NCBI GenBank assembly: GCA_030141605.1
Contig: JAQGDQ010000472.1
Location: forward strand, 111,154 to 175,153
Reading direction: 5' to 3'
Length of the DNA: 64,000 nt
Source of the DNA: Tubiluchus corallicola
Lineage: Eukaryota > Animalia > Priapulida
Every line of letters starts with the position of its first letter. The stretch's first letter is position 1. The position numbers were made by a program, and so were the translations under genes. Below the pieces are notes generated by a model. That model worked only from the letters and a program-made list of their open reading frames with translations, searched no databases and had not been told where the DNA came from. Of this stretch, positions 1 to 64,000 are shown piece by piece.

Positions 1-52594
<52,594 letters not shown>

Positions 52595-54273
52595 CTGCAA
52601 ACAGAAACGAACAAAGAAAAATGACAAAAACTAGTCAATGATAACTGTCAATAGTTGTATGTTTAGTTGTTGATAACTGCTGCTATTTTTAGCTGTTTTC
52701 GAATAAGAATGACACGTTAGTTTAAAACTATACACTTGTAGTAGGCTACATGTGTTATAATGAAAACTAGCAAAGGCGCCGCAAAAAATTCTTCGTAGAA
52801 ATGCACTTACAGTATAATCAGTCATACACGAACATCCTACATAGTCCTAATTTACAACGCAAAGCAAGTAGCAGCTTTTACTGAACAAAATTGTAGGCAG
52901 AGTACAATGGAATGACGTCACGTGAATGGCTTTGTGTGAGCAGTTAGTGGAAAATGGAACCTCTAATCAACTCGTCGTCACTCCTCTTGGTGAAGGCGTC
53001 CTAAAATGCAACCCACATCATCGTGTAGTACTGTTCCTCCTCTTTCCGAAAAGCTATATATTTCATTCCGAGATTCTCAACAGATGGCGCTAGAATGCTT
53101 TTTCTGGGGGAAAACACCCTTTACTGGATACAATACTTCACCCACGAATTCTAAATGTGGGTACTACGCCCACGGGCTATTCAACCATTAACAGCACTAC
53201 CCCGGCCCTTTACAATTCTCTACAAATAAGAGGTACAAGGTTTGCAAAAACGGGCACAAAGGGCCATTTTCGGAGGTTTCTGCCCCACTGATGATGATGG
53301 CAACGACGACGAAGGTGACGACGCCTACAACACATCACAACAGTAGCAAAACCATGCAAAACATTTTGTGCAAAGTTGAAACTGTGTCCCGTAACAAACC
53401 CATCTACCAATGATTGATAATGTGCAATCATTCAACATAGTTTTGCTAGCTGCTTCTCAGATGATAATAGGCTAACAAAACTTGTTTATATGTACAATCT
53501 ATAACACGGTTAAATGGCGGGTGACAATAATTCCTGGAACGGCAGTGAAATTTCTCAAACTCAGAGACAATGGATGTTCCAAACAGCGTGCAGGACATGA
53601 AAGTTGAAAGAGAACTGCAAAATACACCTTTCCTGTTTTGTCTAGTTAACATTTCTCAAAGCAAAACCTTCATGCTTTGTGGACCGTTTCATCCTCTTTC
53701 TGCGAGTGTGCCTGTTTTTCCCTGACTTGCCCAAACATTTACATAAATCGAGTTTTTCCGGGGGCTGTTTGTGCAGTTTTCTGCAAAATCTGGGTGTATG
53801 GGTCTGGGAAAATACCCATTGCGATAAACCGTGACCCTCCCGCGAATTCTAAATATGACTACAACACCCACCGTTGAACAGGCTATCCAACCGTTATAGG
53901 TACCTCGCCTGGCACATTTCCGTTCTCTAGAAAGAAGAGGTATAAATTTTGCAGATTTATTTTGGTTTTATTTGGTTTCGCCAAGTCTCAGACCATAATA
54001 CCTCTGGGAAGTTTGTGACATTTACATACTGTACAGTACACTTGACAAAAGTTACATTGTTACAAACATGATAATCATAAATAATGTAACTGCTTTCCAT
54101 AATTAAATTTAAATAATTTTGATGTTTTAGTTATAATTATAATTTCACTTAGCGTTATTAACCCAAAGTTTTTTTATCATTTCACAACAATTTTGACCTG
54201 TATTTCACATAAAATCTAAATGCAATATTTAGTTTAATCAAGATTGACCTTATTTTGCTGCCTGCTAATTAAA

Positions 54274-57200
54274 CTACAAGTATATACTTTTCTTTGGATT
54301 ATATAGAAAATGTCATAATTTTAAAAATTACTAATGTGTCCTAAATTAAACTGATAACATCAATGCCCACCAGTGTCTAAAAAAATCTTTTTATCAATAT
54401 TCGGTAAAGGATAGCAGACTAGGTGACTTTATAGTCTTTTCGCTAACCTTTCTCTAGTTCTAGAGCTATCTATTCATTTTAACCATTCTTCAAAACTTAC
54501 TACAGATTCTTTTATTAATCATGTTTTATTGTAGCATTGTAAAGATATAAATAAAATTAACTGAATTGAATTGTCTTTTCGCTATCCTTTCTCTAGTTCT
54601 AGATCTATCTATTCATTTTAACCATTCTTCAAAACTTACTACAGATTCTTTTATTAATCATGTTTTATTGTAACACTATAAAGAGATAAATAAATTGAAA
54701 TTGAATTGAACTTATAATCAAGTGTGTCAAACAATTTTTGAAAGTTGTTGTTTTACGTTCAAAACAACGACATTAGTAAAACCTACACACTTTTAATAAG
54801 AAAAAAATTGCAAATGTATCGTGCAGTAAAATGAAATTTTTATGCTAATTTATTCAAACGACGTTTCAACTGCAACTTGACAGAAAATGAGGTGAGGTGC
54901 CATACAAGTGTGAACAAAGCAATCTTCTTATACGGTGAGGTGTCATAATTAATTAGTACATTTTTTTCTTTCACCTAAAGTCTATTTAAGCGGGTTATTA
55001 CTTATTGCTTATGTATTACAATTCAGTGGTGCCATCTATGGGTCTTTTCTGTCGTAAATTAATAAATCAGTAGATTGTTAACAAACTGGTTTCGAAATCT
55101 TTCCAATGTTTGGGAAATTTTTAGACTTTGTTTTATGCGACTGGTAAATTTACGTGACGTCGACACATGAGCAATTACGTTTGAGATTAGATTGTACCAT
55201 CGACTTTTGTAATTTGTCATTTTCATGCCAGACAGCAACAGGTGCGCGTGAGGCAAGTTCATAACCTTGGGAAATTACCGTCTCTTTAATCTGATTTTGC
55301 CGTTACGTAATATTTGCATAAAGCTTTAGTAATATGTATGTGATCCGTAATTTTTTGTAGAGTTCTTTCGTGTTATCTTGAAAAGGTAAATTTGCTTTGC
55401 ACCTGTAGCAGGATATCAGCCAGCATTTACATAAGTAGCTTTTTCTTTTGGGCGTGTATTATCTTAGTGCATAAATGATTTACACCTGCAATTCACAGTA
55501 TCTTGTACTTAAATATCCATCTGTCTCCCAAGGGAAAGAGTTAAAAGAAAGGAGGATAACGTCTTCTAGGAGGTTAAGCTTATTTCAACCTTCGCGAAAA
55601 ATGTTAGGCGGATTTAGTAATGAAATGCATTTTGTTTTAGTTAAATTAAGAGCCTCGTGTAATTAGTAAAATCAATTTAAATTTGCGATCACTTCACGCT
55701 TAAAATTCACTTAATTTTAATAGATTAAAATATTATAAGCGCCTCGTGTAATTAGTAAAATCACATTAAATTTGTGATCACTTCACACTTAAAATTCACT
55801 TAATTTTAATAGATTAAAATAATATAAGCGCCTCGTGTAATTAGTAAAATCACTTTAAAGTTGTGATCACTTCACACTTAAAATTCACTTAATTTTAATA
55901 AATTAAAATAATATAAGCGCCTCGTGTAATTAGGAGAATCACTTTAAAGTTTTGATCACTTCACACTTAAAATTCACTTAATTTTAATAAATTAAAATAA
56001 TATAAGCACCTTGTGTAATTAGAAGAATCACTTTAAAGTTGTGATCACTTATCACTTAAAATCCACTTAATTTTAATAGATTAAAATAATATAAGCACCT
56101 CGTGTAATTAGGAGAATCACTTTAAAGTTTTGATCACTTCACACTTAAAATTCACTTAATTTTAATAGATTAAAATAATATAAGCGCCTCGTGTAATTAG
56201 TAAAATTACTTTAAATTTGTGATCACTTCACACTGAAAATCCACTTAATTTTAATAAATGGCTTTGCGTCAGCAGTTTTCCAAGCGGAAATTACCAAAAA
56301 TAGAACATCTAATTAACTCGTCGGCACTCCTCTAGGTGGACGTGTACTAAAATATAGCCCACATCATCGCCTGTTCTTCCTCTTTCTAAAGAGCTATATA
56401 TCTCCTTCCAAAAGTCCCACCAGGCGCCGCTAGAACGTTTTTTCCTCATGCTGTTTGGTCAAAATTTCGAAAAAATCGCGAGTTGGGTCCGGGAAAACGT
56501 CTGTTGCGGGACGCCATGGCCCTCTTGCGAATTCTAAATATGCCTATGACACCCACCGCTGAATGGAATATCTACGTATAGCCAGCACCACCCTCGGCCC
56601 TTTCCCGTTCTCCAGATCTCAGACGTATAACTTTTGCCAAAAACGGCCAAAAAATGACCATTTTGGAGGTTTTTCGCCCCCCGTTCGTCCCGGTGGCCCC
56701 GATTCGAAAGATAAATTCCCAATGGCACGACACTAGATCGAGACCTTTCGTTTGATGTATAGATCACCGCAAATGGTGCCGTCGTCGGAGCTGTAGCCTC
56801 GAATCTTATATATATATATACCAGTAGACTTCTAGAGCGCATGCGAAACATCGTTTTAGATGAAACCCAGACAGTTGTATACTAATGTATAGACACTAGC
56901 TCGAAATAAAGTATGTTCTAAAATATTGAAAACTACAATAGCTTTTCTTTAAATCAAAGCTTAGATTAAATAATAATTACCTCGGATACTCAAAGGCAAT
57001 ACCGTGATAACCATAATCATGAACTGCTGTGTTAGTTTTTGACGTCATATGATGTAGAGCCCATTTTCGATTAAATAGTTCTGTAACACTATTGTCAGCA
57101 CTGGACACAGACACCCCCGAGTGCATAAAAACATCATGGGTGTCCACTGTCCAGCTGTATAAAGTGCATCTGTACACAACATATCATTTGCCTCAAAGGA

Positions 57201-60200
57201 TAGGTCACTGGACACAAGGAAATTCCTGCATACTATAAACAAATACAATCTGACACGGATAGCCAATGTCCAGCCTAATAGAAATAAACAAATCGAGTTG
57301 AAGTGAATTGATCTCACGTGTTAAGCGTATCACTGTTTAGTTTTATGAGAGAGAAGCACGAATCAGCACTGTTGCATGAAATGTTACATGGTAACAAAAA
57401 ATTTTTTTGTCATTAGGTACAAATATACCACAATTTTGTGCTTTTTTGTTATGGACTCAATCTCATTTTAACTTACTGTACAAAATATACATTTTCTTGC
57501 CTATAAAAGTTAACAATTGTTCCATATATTTGAATAATTAGCTTTGAAAGTTAATTAACGGCAGTCGAACACAGCTATTGCTTACGTCAGAAACTAACCA
57601 CAGTTTGTGCAATGACAGGCATCTTCCCTTGCGCGTCAAGCACATTTGCATAAGTGTTACAGAACTATTTAATCGAAAATGGGCTCTACATCATATGACG
57701 TCAAAAACTAACACAGCAGTTCATGATTATGGTTATCACGGTATTGCCTTTGAGTATCCGAGGTAATTATTATTTAATCTAAGCTTTGATTTAAAGAAAA
57801 GCTATTGTAGTTTTCAATATTTTAGAACATACTTTATTTCGAGCTAGTGTCTATACATTAGTATACAACTGTCTGGGTTTCATCTAAAACGATGTTTCGC
57901 ATGCGCTCTAGAAGTCTACTGGTATATATATATATAAGAGATTCGAGGCTACAGCTTGGACGACGGCACCATTTGCGGTGATCTATACAACAAACGAAAC
58001 GTCTCGATCTAGTGTCGTTTCAGTGGGGGTTTATTTTTCGAATCGGGTCCACCGGGAAGAACGGAGGGCGAAAAACCTCCAAAAATGGCCATTTTTCTGC
58101 CGTTTTTTTGCAAAAGTTATACGTCTGAGATCTGGAGAACGGGAACGGGCCGAGGGTGGTGCTGGCTATAGACCATTCAGCGGTGGGTGTCATAGGTGTA
58201 TTTAGAATTCGCGAGAGGGCCACGGCGTCCCGCAACAGACATTTTCCCGGACCCAACTCGCGATTTTTTCGAAATTTTGACCAAACAGCATCTGGATAAA
58301 ATGTTCTAGCAGCGCCTGGTGGGACTCTCGGAAGGAGATATATAGCTCTTTAGAAAGAGGAAGAACAGGCGATGATGTGGGCTATATTTTAGGACACGTC
58401 CACCTAGAGGAGTGCCGACGAGTTAATTAGATGTTCTATTTTTGGTAATTTCCGCTTGGAAAACTGCTGACGCAAAGCCATTTATTAAAATTAAGTGGAT
58501 TTTCAGTGTGAAGTGATCACAAATTTAAAGTAATTTTACTAATTACACGAGGCGCTTATATTATTTTAATCTATTAAAATTAAGTGAATTTTAAGTGTGA
58601 AGTGATCAAAACTTTAAAGTGATTCTCCTAATTACACGAGGCACTTATATTATTTTAATCTATTAAAATTAAGTGAATTTTCAGTGTAAAGTGATCACAA
58701 CTTTAAAGTGATTCTTCTAATTACACAAGGTGCTTATATTATTTTAATTTATTAAAATTAAGTGAATTTTAAGTGTGAAGTGATCAAAACTTTAAAGTGA
58801 TTCTCCTAATTACACGAGGCGCTTATAATATTTTAATTTATTAAAATTAAGTGAATTTTAAGCGTGAAGTGATCACAACTTTAAAGTGATTTTACTAATT
58901 ACACGAGGCGCTTATATTATTTTAATCTATTAAAATTAAGTGAATTTTAAGTGTGAAGTGATCACAAATTTAATGTGATTTTACTAATTACACGAGGCGC
59001 TTATAATATTTTAATCTATTAAAATTAAGTGAATTTTAAGCGTGAAGTGATCGCAAATTTAAATTGATTTTACTAATTACACGAGGCTCTTAATTTAACT
59101 AAAACAAAATGCATTTCATTACTAAATCCGCCTAACATTTTTCGCGAAGGTTGAAATAAGCTTAACCTCCTAGAAGACGTTATCCTCCTTTCTTTTAACT
59201 CTTTCCCTTGGGAGACAGATGGATATTTAAGTACAAGATACTGTGAATTGCAGGTGTAAATCATTTATGCACTAAGATAATACACGCCCAAAAGAAAAAG
59301 CTACTTATGTAAATGCTGGCTGATATCCTGCTACAGGTGCAAAGCAAATTTACCTTTTCAAGATAACACGAAAGAACTCTACAAAAAATTACGGATCACA
59401 TACATATTACTAAAGCTTTATGCAAATATTACGTAACGGCAAAATCAGATTAAAGAGACGGTAATTTCCCAAGGTTATGAACTTGCCTCACGCGCACCTG
59501 TTGCTGTCTGGCATGAAAATGACAAATTACAAAAGTCGATGGTACAATCTAATCTCAAACGTAATTGCTCATGTGTCGACGTCACGTAAATTTACCAGTC
59601 GCATAAAACAAAGTCTAAAAATTTCCCAAACATTGGAAAGATTTCAAAACCAGTTTGTTAACAATCTACTGATTTATTAATTTACGACAGAAAAGACCCA
59701 TAGATGGCACCACTGAATTATAATACATAAGCAATAAGTAATAACCCGCTTAAATAGACTTTATGTGAAAGAAAAAAATATACTAATTAATTATGACCTC
59801 ACCGTATAAGAAGATTGCTTTGTTCACACTTGTATGGCACCATCACCTCATTTTCTGTCAAGTTGCAGTTGAAACGTCGTTTGAATAAATTAGCATAAAA
59901 ATTTCATTTTACTGCACGATACATTTGCAATTTTTTTTTTCTTATTAAAAGTGTGTAGGTTTTACTAATGTCTCGTTGTTTTGAACGTAAAACAGCAACT
60001 TTCCAAAAATTGTTTGACACACTTGATTATAGAAAGTTCAATTCAATTTCAATTTATTTATCTCTTTATAATGCTACAATAAAACATGATTAATAAAATA
60101 ATCTCTAAAAAGTTTTGAAGAATGGGTAAAATGAATAGATAGATCTAGAACTAGAGAAAGGATAGCAAAAAGACAATTCAATTCAACTCAATTCAATTAC

Positions 60201-60483
60201 AATTTATTTATCTCTTTATAATACTACAATAAAACATGATTAATAAAAGAATCACTAATAAGTTTTGAAGAATGGTTAAAATGTATAGATAGATCTAGAA
60301 CTAGAGAAAGGATAGCGAAAAGACTATAAAGTCACCTAGTCTGCTATCCTTTACCGAATATAGATAAAAAGATTTTTTAAACACTGGTGGACATTAATTT
60401 TATCAGTTTAATTTAGGAAACATTAGTAATTTTTAAAATTATGACATTTGCTATATAATCCAGAGAAAAGAATATACATGTAG
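54274..60483. repeat. Large imperfect inverted repeat: arms ~54274-57090 and ~57654-60483, ~560-bp spacer
   Basis: Mirror ORFs 55059/59477 and 55475/59073; continuous reverse-complement match. Confidence 0.95.
55652..56258. repeat. 89-bp tandem array (~7 units), mirrored at ~58481-59090
   Basis: gcctcgtgtaattag recurs every 89 bp. Confidence 0.9.
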
Positions 60484-62265
60484 AAACTTCACCTTGTCCT
60501 TGAAGCGAAGGAGAGGACGACCAACACTGCGAGAGCCACTGGTTAGTTCTCCATGGAGAAGGGCCTTTGTCGGTCTCTTATCGTTCATTCTGACCACATG
60601 CCCAAACCACCGAAGTTGAGCCTTAGTAAGCGTAACCTCGATATCTTCCATCTTGGCACGAGCATGCACGTCTTCGTTTGGCACATAGTCGTCCCAGCGA
60701 ATACGAAGGATGTGACGCAGATGTCTCTGCTGAACCGCACGAAGAGACCTGACCTGATCTTGATAGAGCGTCCACGTTTCCTGACCATAGGTAAGCTGCG
60801 GAATGATGCATTGCTTGTACACCTGCAGTTTAGTGGCGATGGTAAGGTCATGGTTATCGAAGACACGTTTCCTCATACGGCCGAAAGAGCTGGCTGCAGC
60901 ATTAATTCTTGCATGAAGCTCAGTATCCAATCGAGTATCTGAACAGATGTAACTTCTGAGATATTTGAACCGTTGCACACTTCCAAGCTGTTCTCCGTCA
61001 ATGGTAAAATTGACACTGTCACTAGAGCCGACACTCATTGTCTCAGTCTTCCTTTTGTTAATGCGCAGTCCCATTCTCTTTGCAGTTTCATTGTAAATGT
61101 CGATGAGATCCTGAAGGTCTTCCGGGTTGTCAGAGAAGATAGCTATGTCATCGGCATATTGTGCTTCACGCAGGAACATCATTCGTGTCTTCGTCCTTGC
61201 TTTGAGTCGACGTAGGTCAAAAATGTCTCCATCATATCTGAATCGAACATGAATGCTCTTCGTCGAGCCAAGTCTGCCGAAGGCTACCTGCAAAAGGACT
61301 GCAGCGAAAAGTCCGAAAAGAGATGGAGCTAACTTGCAGCCTTGTTTCACACCGCTGTTGTATTCTACAGGATCACTAAGCTGGCCATTGACAGAGAGAC
61401 GCGCTAGCATATCAGTGTGCAGAGCTTTTACCATACTTGTAAATCGATCTGGGCATCCACACTTTGAAAGCACCTTGTACAGCAGTTCGCGATTGACACT
61501 GTCAAATGCCTTTGTAAAGTCGATAAAGGCAATATGCATTGATGTTCTATGCTCTCTCGTTTTCTCCATCAGCTGACGAATCGTAAAAATACCATCAATG
61601 GTACTGCGATCCCGTCGATACCCTGACTGAGACTCTGGGTAGATACGCTCCAAAATCTTGTCCAGCCGAACGAGAAGAATGTCTGCAAAAAGCTTTCCGA
61701 CAACACTGAGTAAGGAAATGCCACGATAGTTACCGCAATCACTGCGATCACCCTTTTTGAACAAAATGGTGATGTTAGCATTGACAAAGTCACGAGGCAT
61801 ATCACCAGTCCTCCAAATAACGTTGAAGAGCTCCAAAAGATGATTCTGGAGAGAAGCACCGCCATGGATGATAACCTCTGGTGGGACACCATCAGGTCCA
61901 GGGCTTTTCCGTCGCTTGATACGGCGAATAGAGTACTTGAGTTCCTCGAGGGTGACTAGTCCATCCATCTCATCGACGGCTGATAACTGAGGTATTTCAT
62001 CCAAGATAGTAAAGTCAGCGTCGGTAGTTTGATTCAGTAAAGTGCTGAAGTGCTCCATCCAACGATTCTGGATATCATTGGATGAGTTGAGAGTGTCACC
62101 AGCAATAGATTTGATAGGATGGTTACAACGCGATGTCGGACCATAAACGGCATTGAGAGAAGCGTAGAATTCCCGGAAATTCTTCATTTGGGCGTGTCTT
62201 TCAACTTCATTGGCTCGGTCCTGGAACCACTGATTCTTCATAAGTCGGATGATTTCTGAGCTCAC
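60484..62265 (-). pseudogene. RTE reverse transcriptase portion
   Basis: 604-aa ORF with YADD; FKYLRS instead of FKYLGS; C-terminus cut at 60484. Confidence 0.9.
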
Positions 62266-63391
62266 GCCTGTTTTTCTTGTCCTTGACTAGTGCACCGATT
62301 TCAAGCTCGTTGAACCAGTCTCGGTTGCGATTTCCTTGTTTACCGAACACAGCTTCTGCACTGTTGAGTAGGATTTCCTTGGTTTCATCCCAAGATGGTC
62401 TACAATCACTCAAAACATTGGCAAGATAAACCTGCAGTTTGGATTCTTTGCCTTCGTCAACTTCGACATTGAACCTCTTTGGTGGACGCTGAGGGCGAGC
62501 AGGTTTCTGTAGCATGAATGAACATTTGCACACCAACAATCTGTGATCCGTGAAACAGTCTGCAGTTAGACTTGCTTTGGTCACACGGATGTTGTTGTCA
62601 CTCATGGTTTTCTTACAAGCCAAGATGTGATCAAGTTGATGCCAGTGCTTGGACCGTGCATGCTGCCATGTAGTCTTCATCCTATCGTGAAGCCTGAAGA
62701 AGCTTCCAGTCACAGAGAACTCCATCCTGGCACAAAATTCTAGCAGTAGAAGTCCGTTTGAGTTCATGTTCCCTGTTCCATGTTTGCCAAGCACACCTGG
62801 CCAAGTCATAGAATCTCTTCCTACTCTTGCATTCATGTCCCCTAGGATAATCACCTTGCCATCATTTGCAGCTTGCCTAGCATGAGCAGTGAGATTATCG
62901 TAGAACGATTCTTTTTCATGATTAGAGCACTGCAAAGTGGGGCCATACACGCTAAAGAGAGTAAGAAAGGATCTGTCCTGTAGCCGAAGTTTCAACATCA
63001 TGAGACGATCATTGATAGCTAAGGGCTGTGACTCCAATTGTAACTTGTTAGACACTGCGAAGCCAACTCCTGCAACCTGGTGTACACCTCCGCTCCAATA
63101 AATGGTATGGGTCTTCTCTACCACATTGCCTTCACCAGGGCGTCGGACTTCAGAAACTGCGCAGATATCAATGTTGACGTCGTTTAGAGCTTCACAGATA
63201 ATCGCAGTGGCCCTCTCCGGCCGTAAATTTCCATTATTATCATTTGTGGTTCTGACATTCCAACATCCTAAACTAAGGAGATTCTTGGGTTGTGGGCTTC
63301 GCAAATTTCTCACCGTTGCCACTGGACGGCGCGTCGGCTCCCCTGGACGCGGTAGCATAGTGTTGTCATCATTTGTCGTAGTCATCATCAT
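62260..63391 (-). pseudogene. RTE apurinic endonuclease portion
   Basis: ORF 62207-63508 with EEP/APE motifs; frameshift near 62260. Confidence 0.88.
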
Positions 63392-64000
63392 GGAGAAAAG
63401 AATTAGCACTGAGACGCTTGCGCGCGAGAAGAAATGGCCGCTCAAAGTCCACCTCCACTTGGCAGATAGAGTGTAGATCGGCGGCATGAAGAGACACGAC
63501 GGCCGCACTCATAATCTGTTGCACCGCAGTGAAGACAACCAGAAAACAGGCCGAATCGGCAAAATGAACTGCTAGCTTCTCGATGAGCCATGCCATGCCA
63601 GAAGACGAGTTGCCAGACTTGCACGCCATGAACCATCATCCACACAAGCTGCTGCCCTTGTGCTTGGGTGCCTTCATCCGCTTTTACAGCCGTTGGGAGT
63701 GGAAGATTCCTCGTCCGCCTATAAAACCGCTGAGGACTTCAGTCGTATCCCTGACCAAGGGTGGCGTGCTATACCCAGCACCACTGGGTCCTTGCCTGAA
63801 CTTAGTTACTGCTCCCGCAGCATCCTTCAGTCGTATCCCTGACCAAGGGTGGCGCGCTATACCCCGCACCACTGGGTCCTTGCCTGAACTTAGTTACTGC
63901 TCCCGCAGCATCCACCCCCGCGACTCGGACGCGCCAGACAAGAGTTGCCCAAGTGCATCTAGAGAAGAGGGCTCTAGATACCAGAGGCCGGGTTAACTCC

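Larger units (their letters stand above)
60484..64000 (-). mobile_element. RTE-clade non-LTR retrotransposon, frameshifted and 3'-truncated
   Basis: APE domain (GCWNVRT, SEVR, GDMNARVG, LDHIL, TDHRLL) and RT (NYRGISLL, GVKQGC, QYADD); single-ORF layout typical of RTE. Confidence 0.92.

Noticed and set aside
55059-59680. Duplicated small ORFs (63-67 aa) in the palindrome arms
   Set aside because: No recognisable motifs; duplication is explained by the inverted repeat
54274-60483. Palindrome as a fold-back sequencing artefact
   Set aside because: Arms differ by many substitutions and indels and have a 560-bp spacer; not fully excluded without reads
60553-63996. Plus-strand and alternate-frame ORFs over the RTE
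   Set aside because: Shadow ORFs of a GC-richer retrotransposon

Overview
AT-rich animal (invertebrate-type) genomic DNA, not prokaryotic. Most of the window (~52.6 kb down to beyond position 1) is one large multi-exon gene on the minus strand. I could splice it by hand, with GT-AG sites and consistent exon phases, into: signal peptide - 2 SUEL/galactose-rhamnose-lectin-like domains - 11 single-exon EGF(-Ca) modules - PKD-like domain - REJ module. This is a polycystin-1/PKDREJ/sea-urchin REJ-type receptor whose 3' part lies left of the window. The introns hold many MITEs (hAT-, pogo/Tc1- and Kolobok-like), tRNA-derived SINEs, LINE fragments, two solo LTRs and several minisatellites. Upstream lie a ~6.2 kb imperfect palindrome (2.8 kb arms) and a frameshifted, 3'-truncated RTE retrotransposon. 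The most unusual observations are three. First, a 27-bp, in-frame, stop-free minisatellite is built from the splice donor of a REJ exon. Second, an antisense copy of that exon, with its splice sites and array, sits in an upstream intron of the same gene. Third, a second minisatellite is built from a branch-point/polypyrimidine region. All gene structure is manual inference without transcript data.
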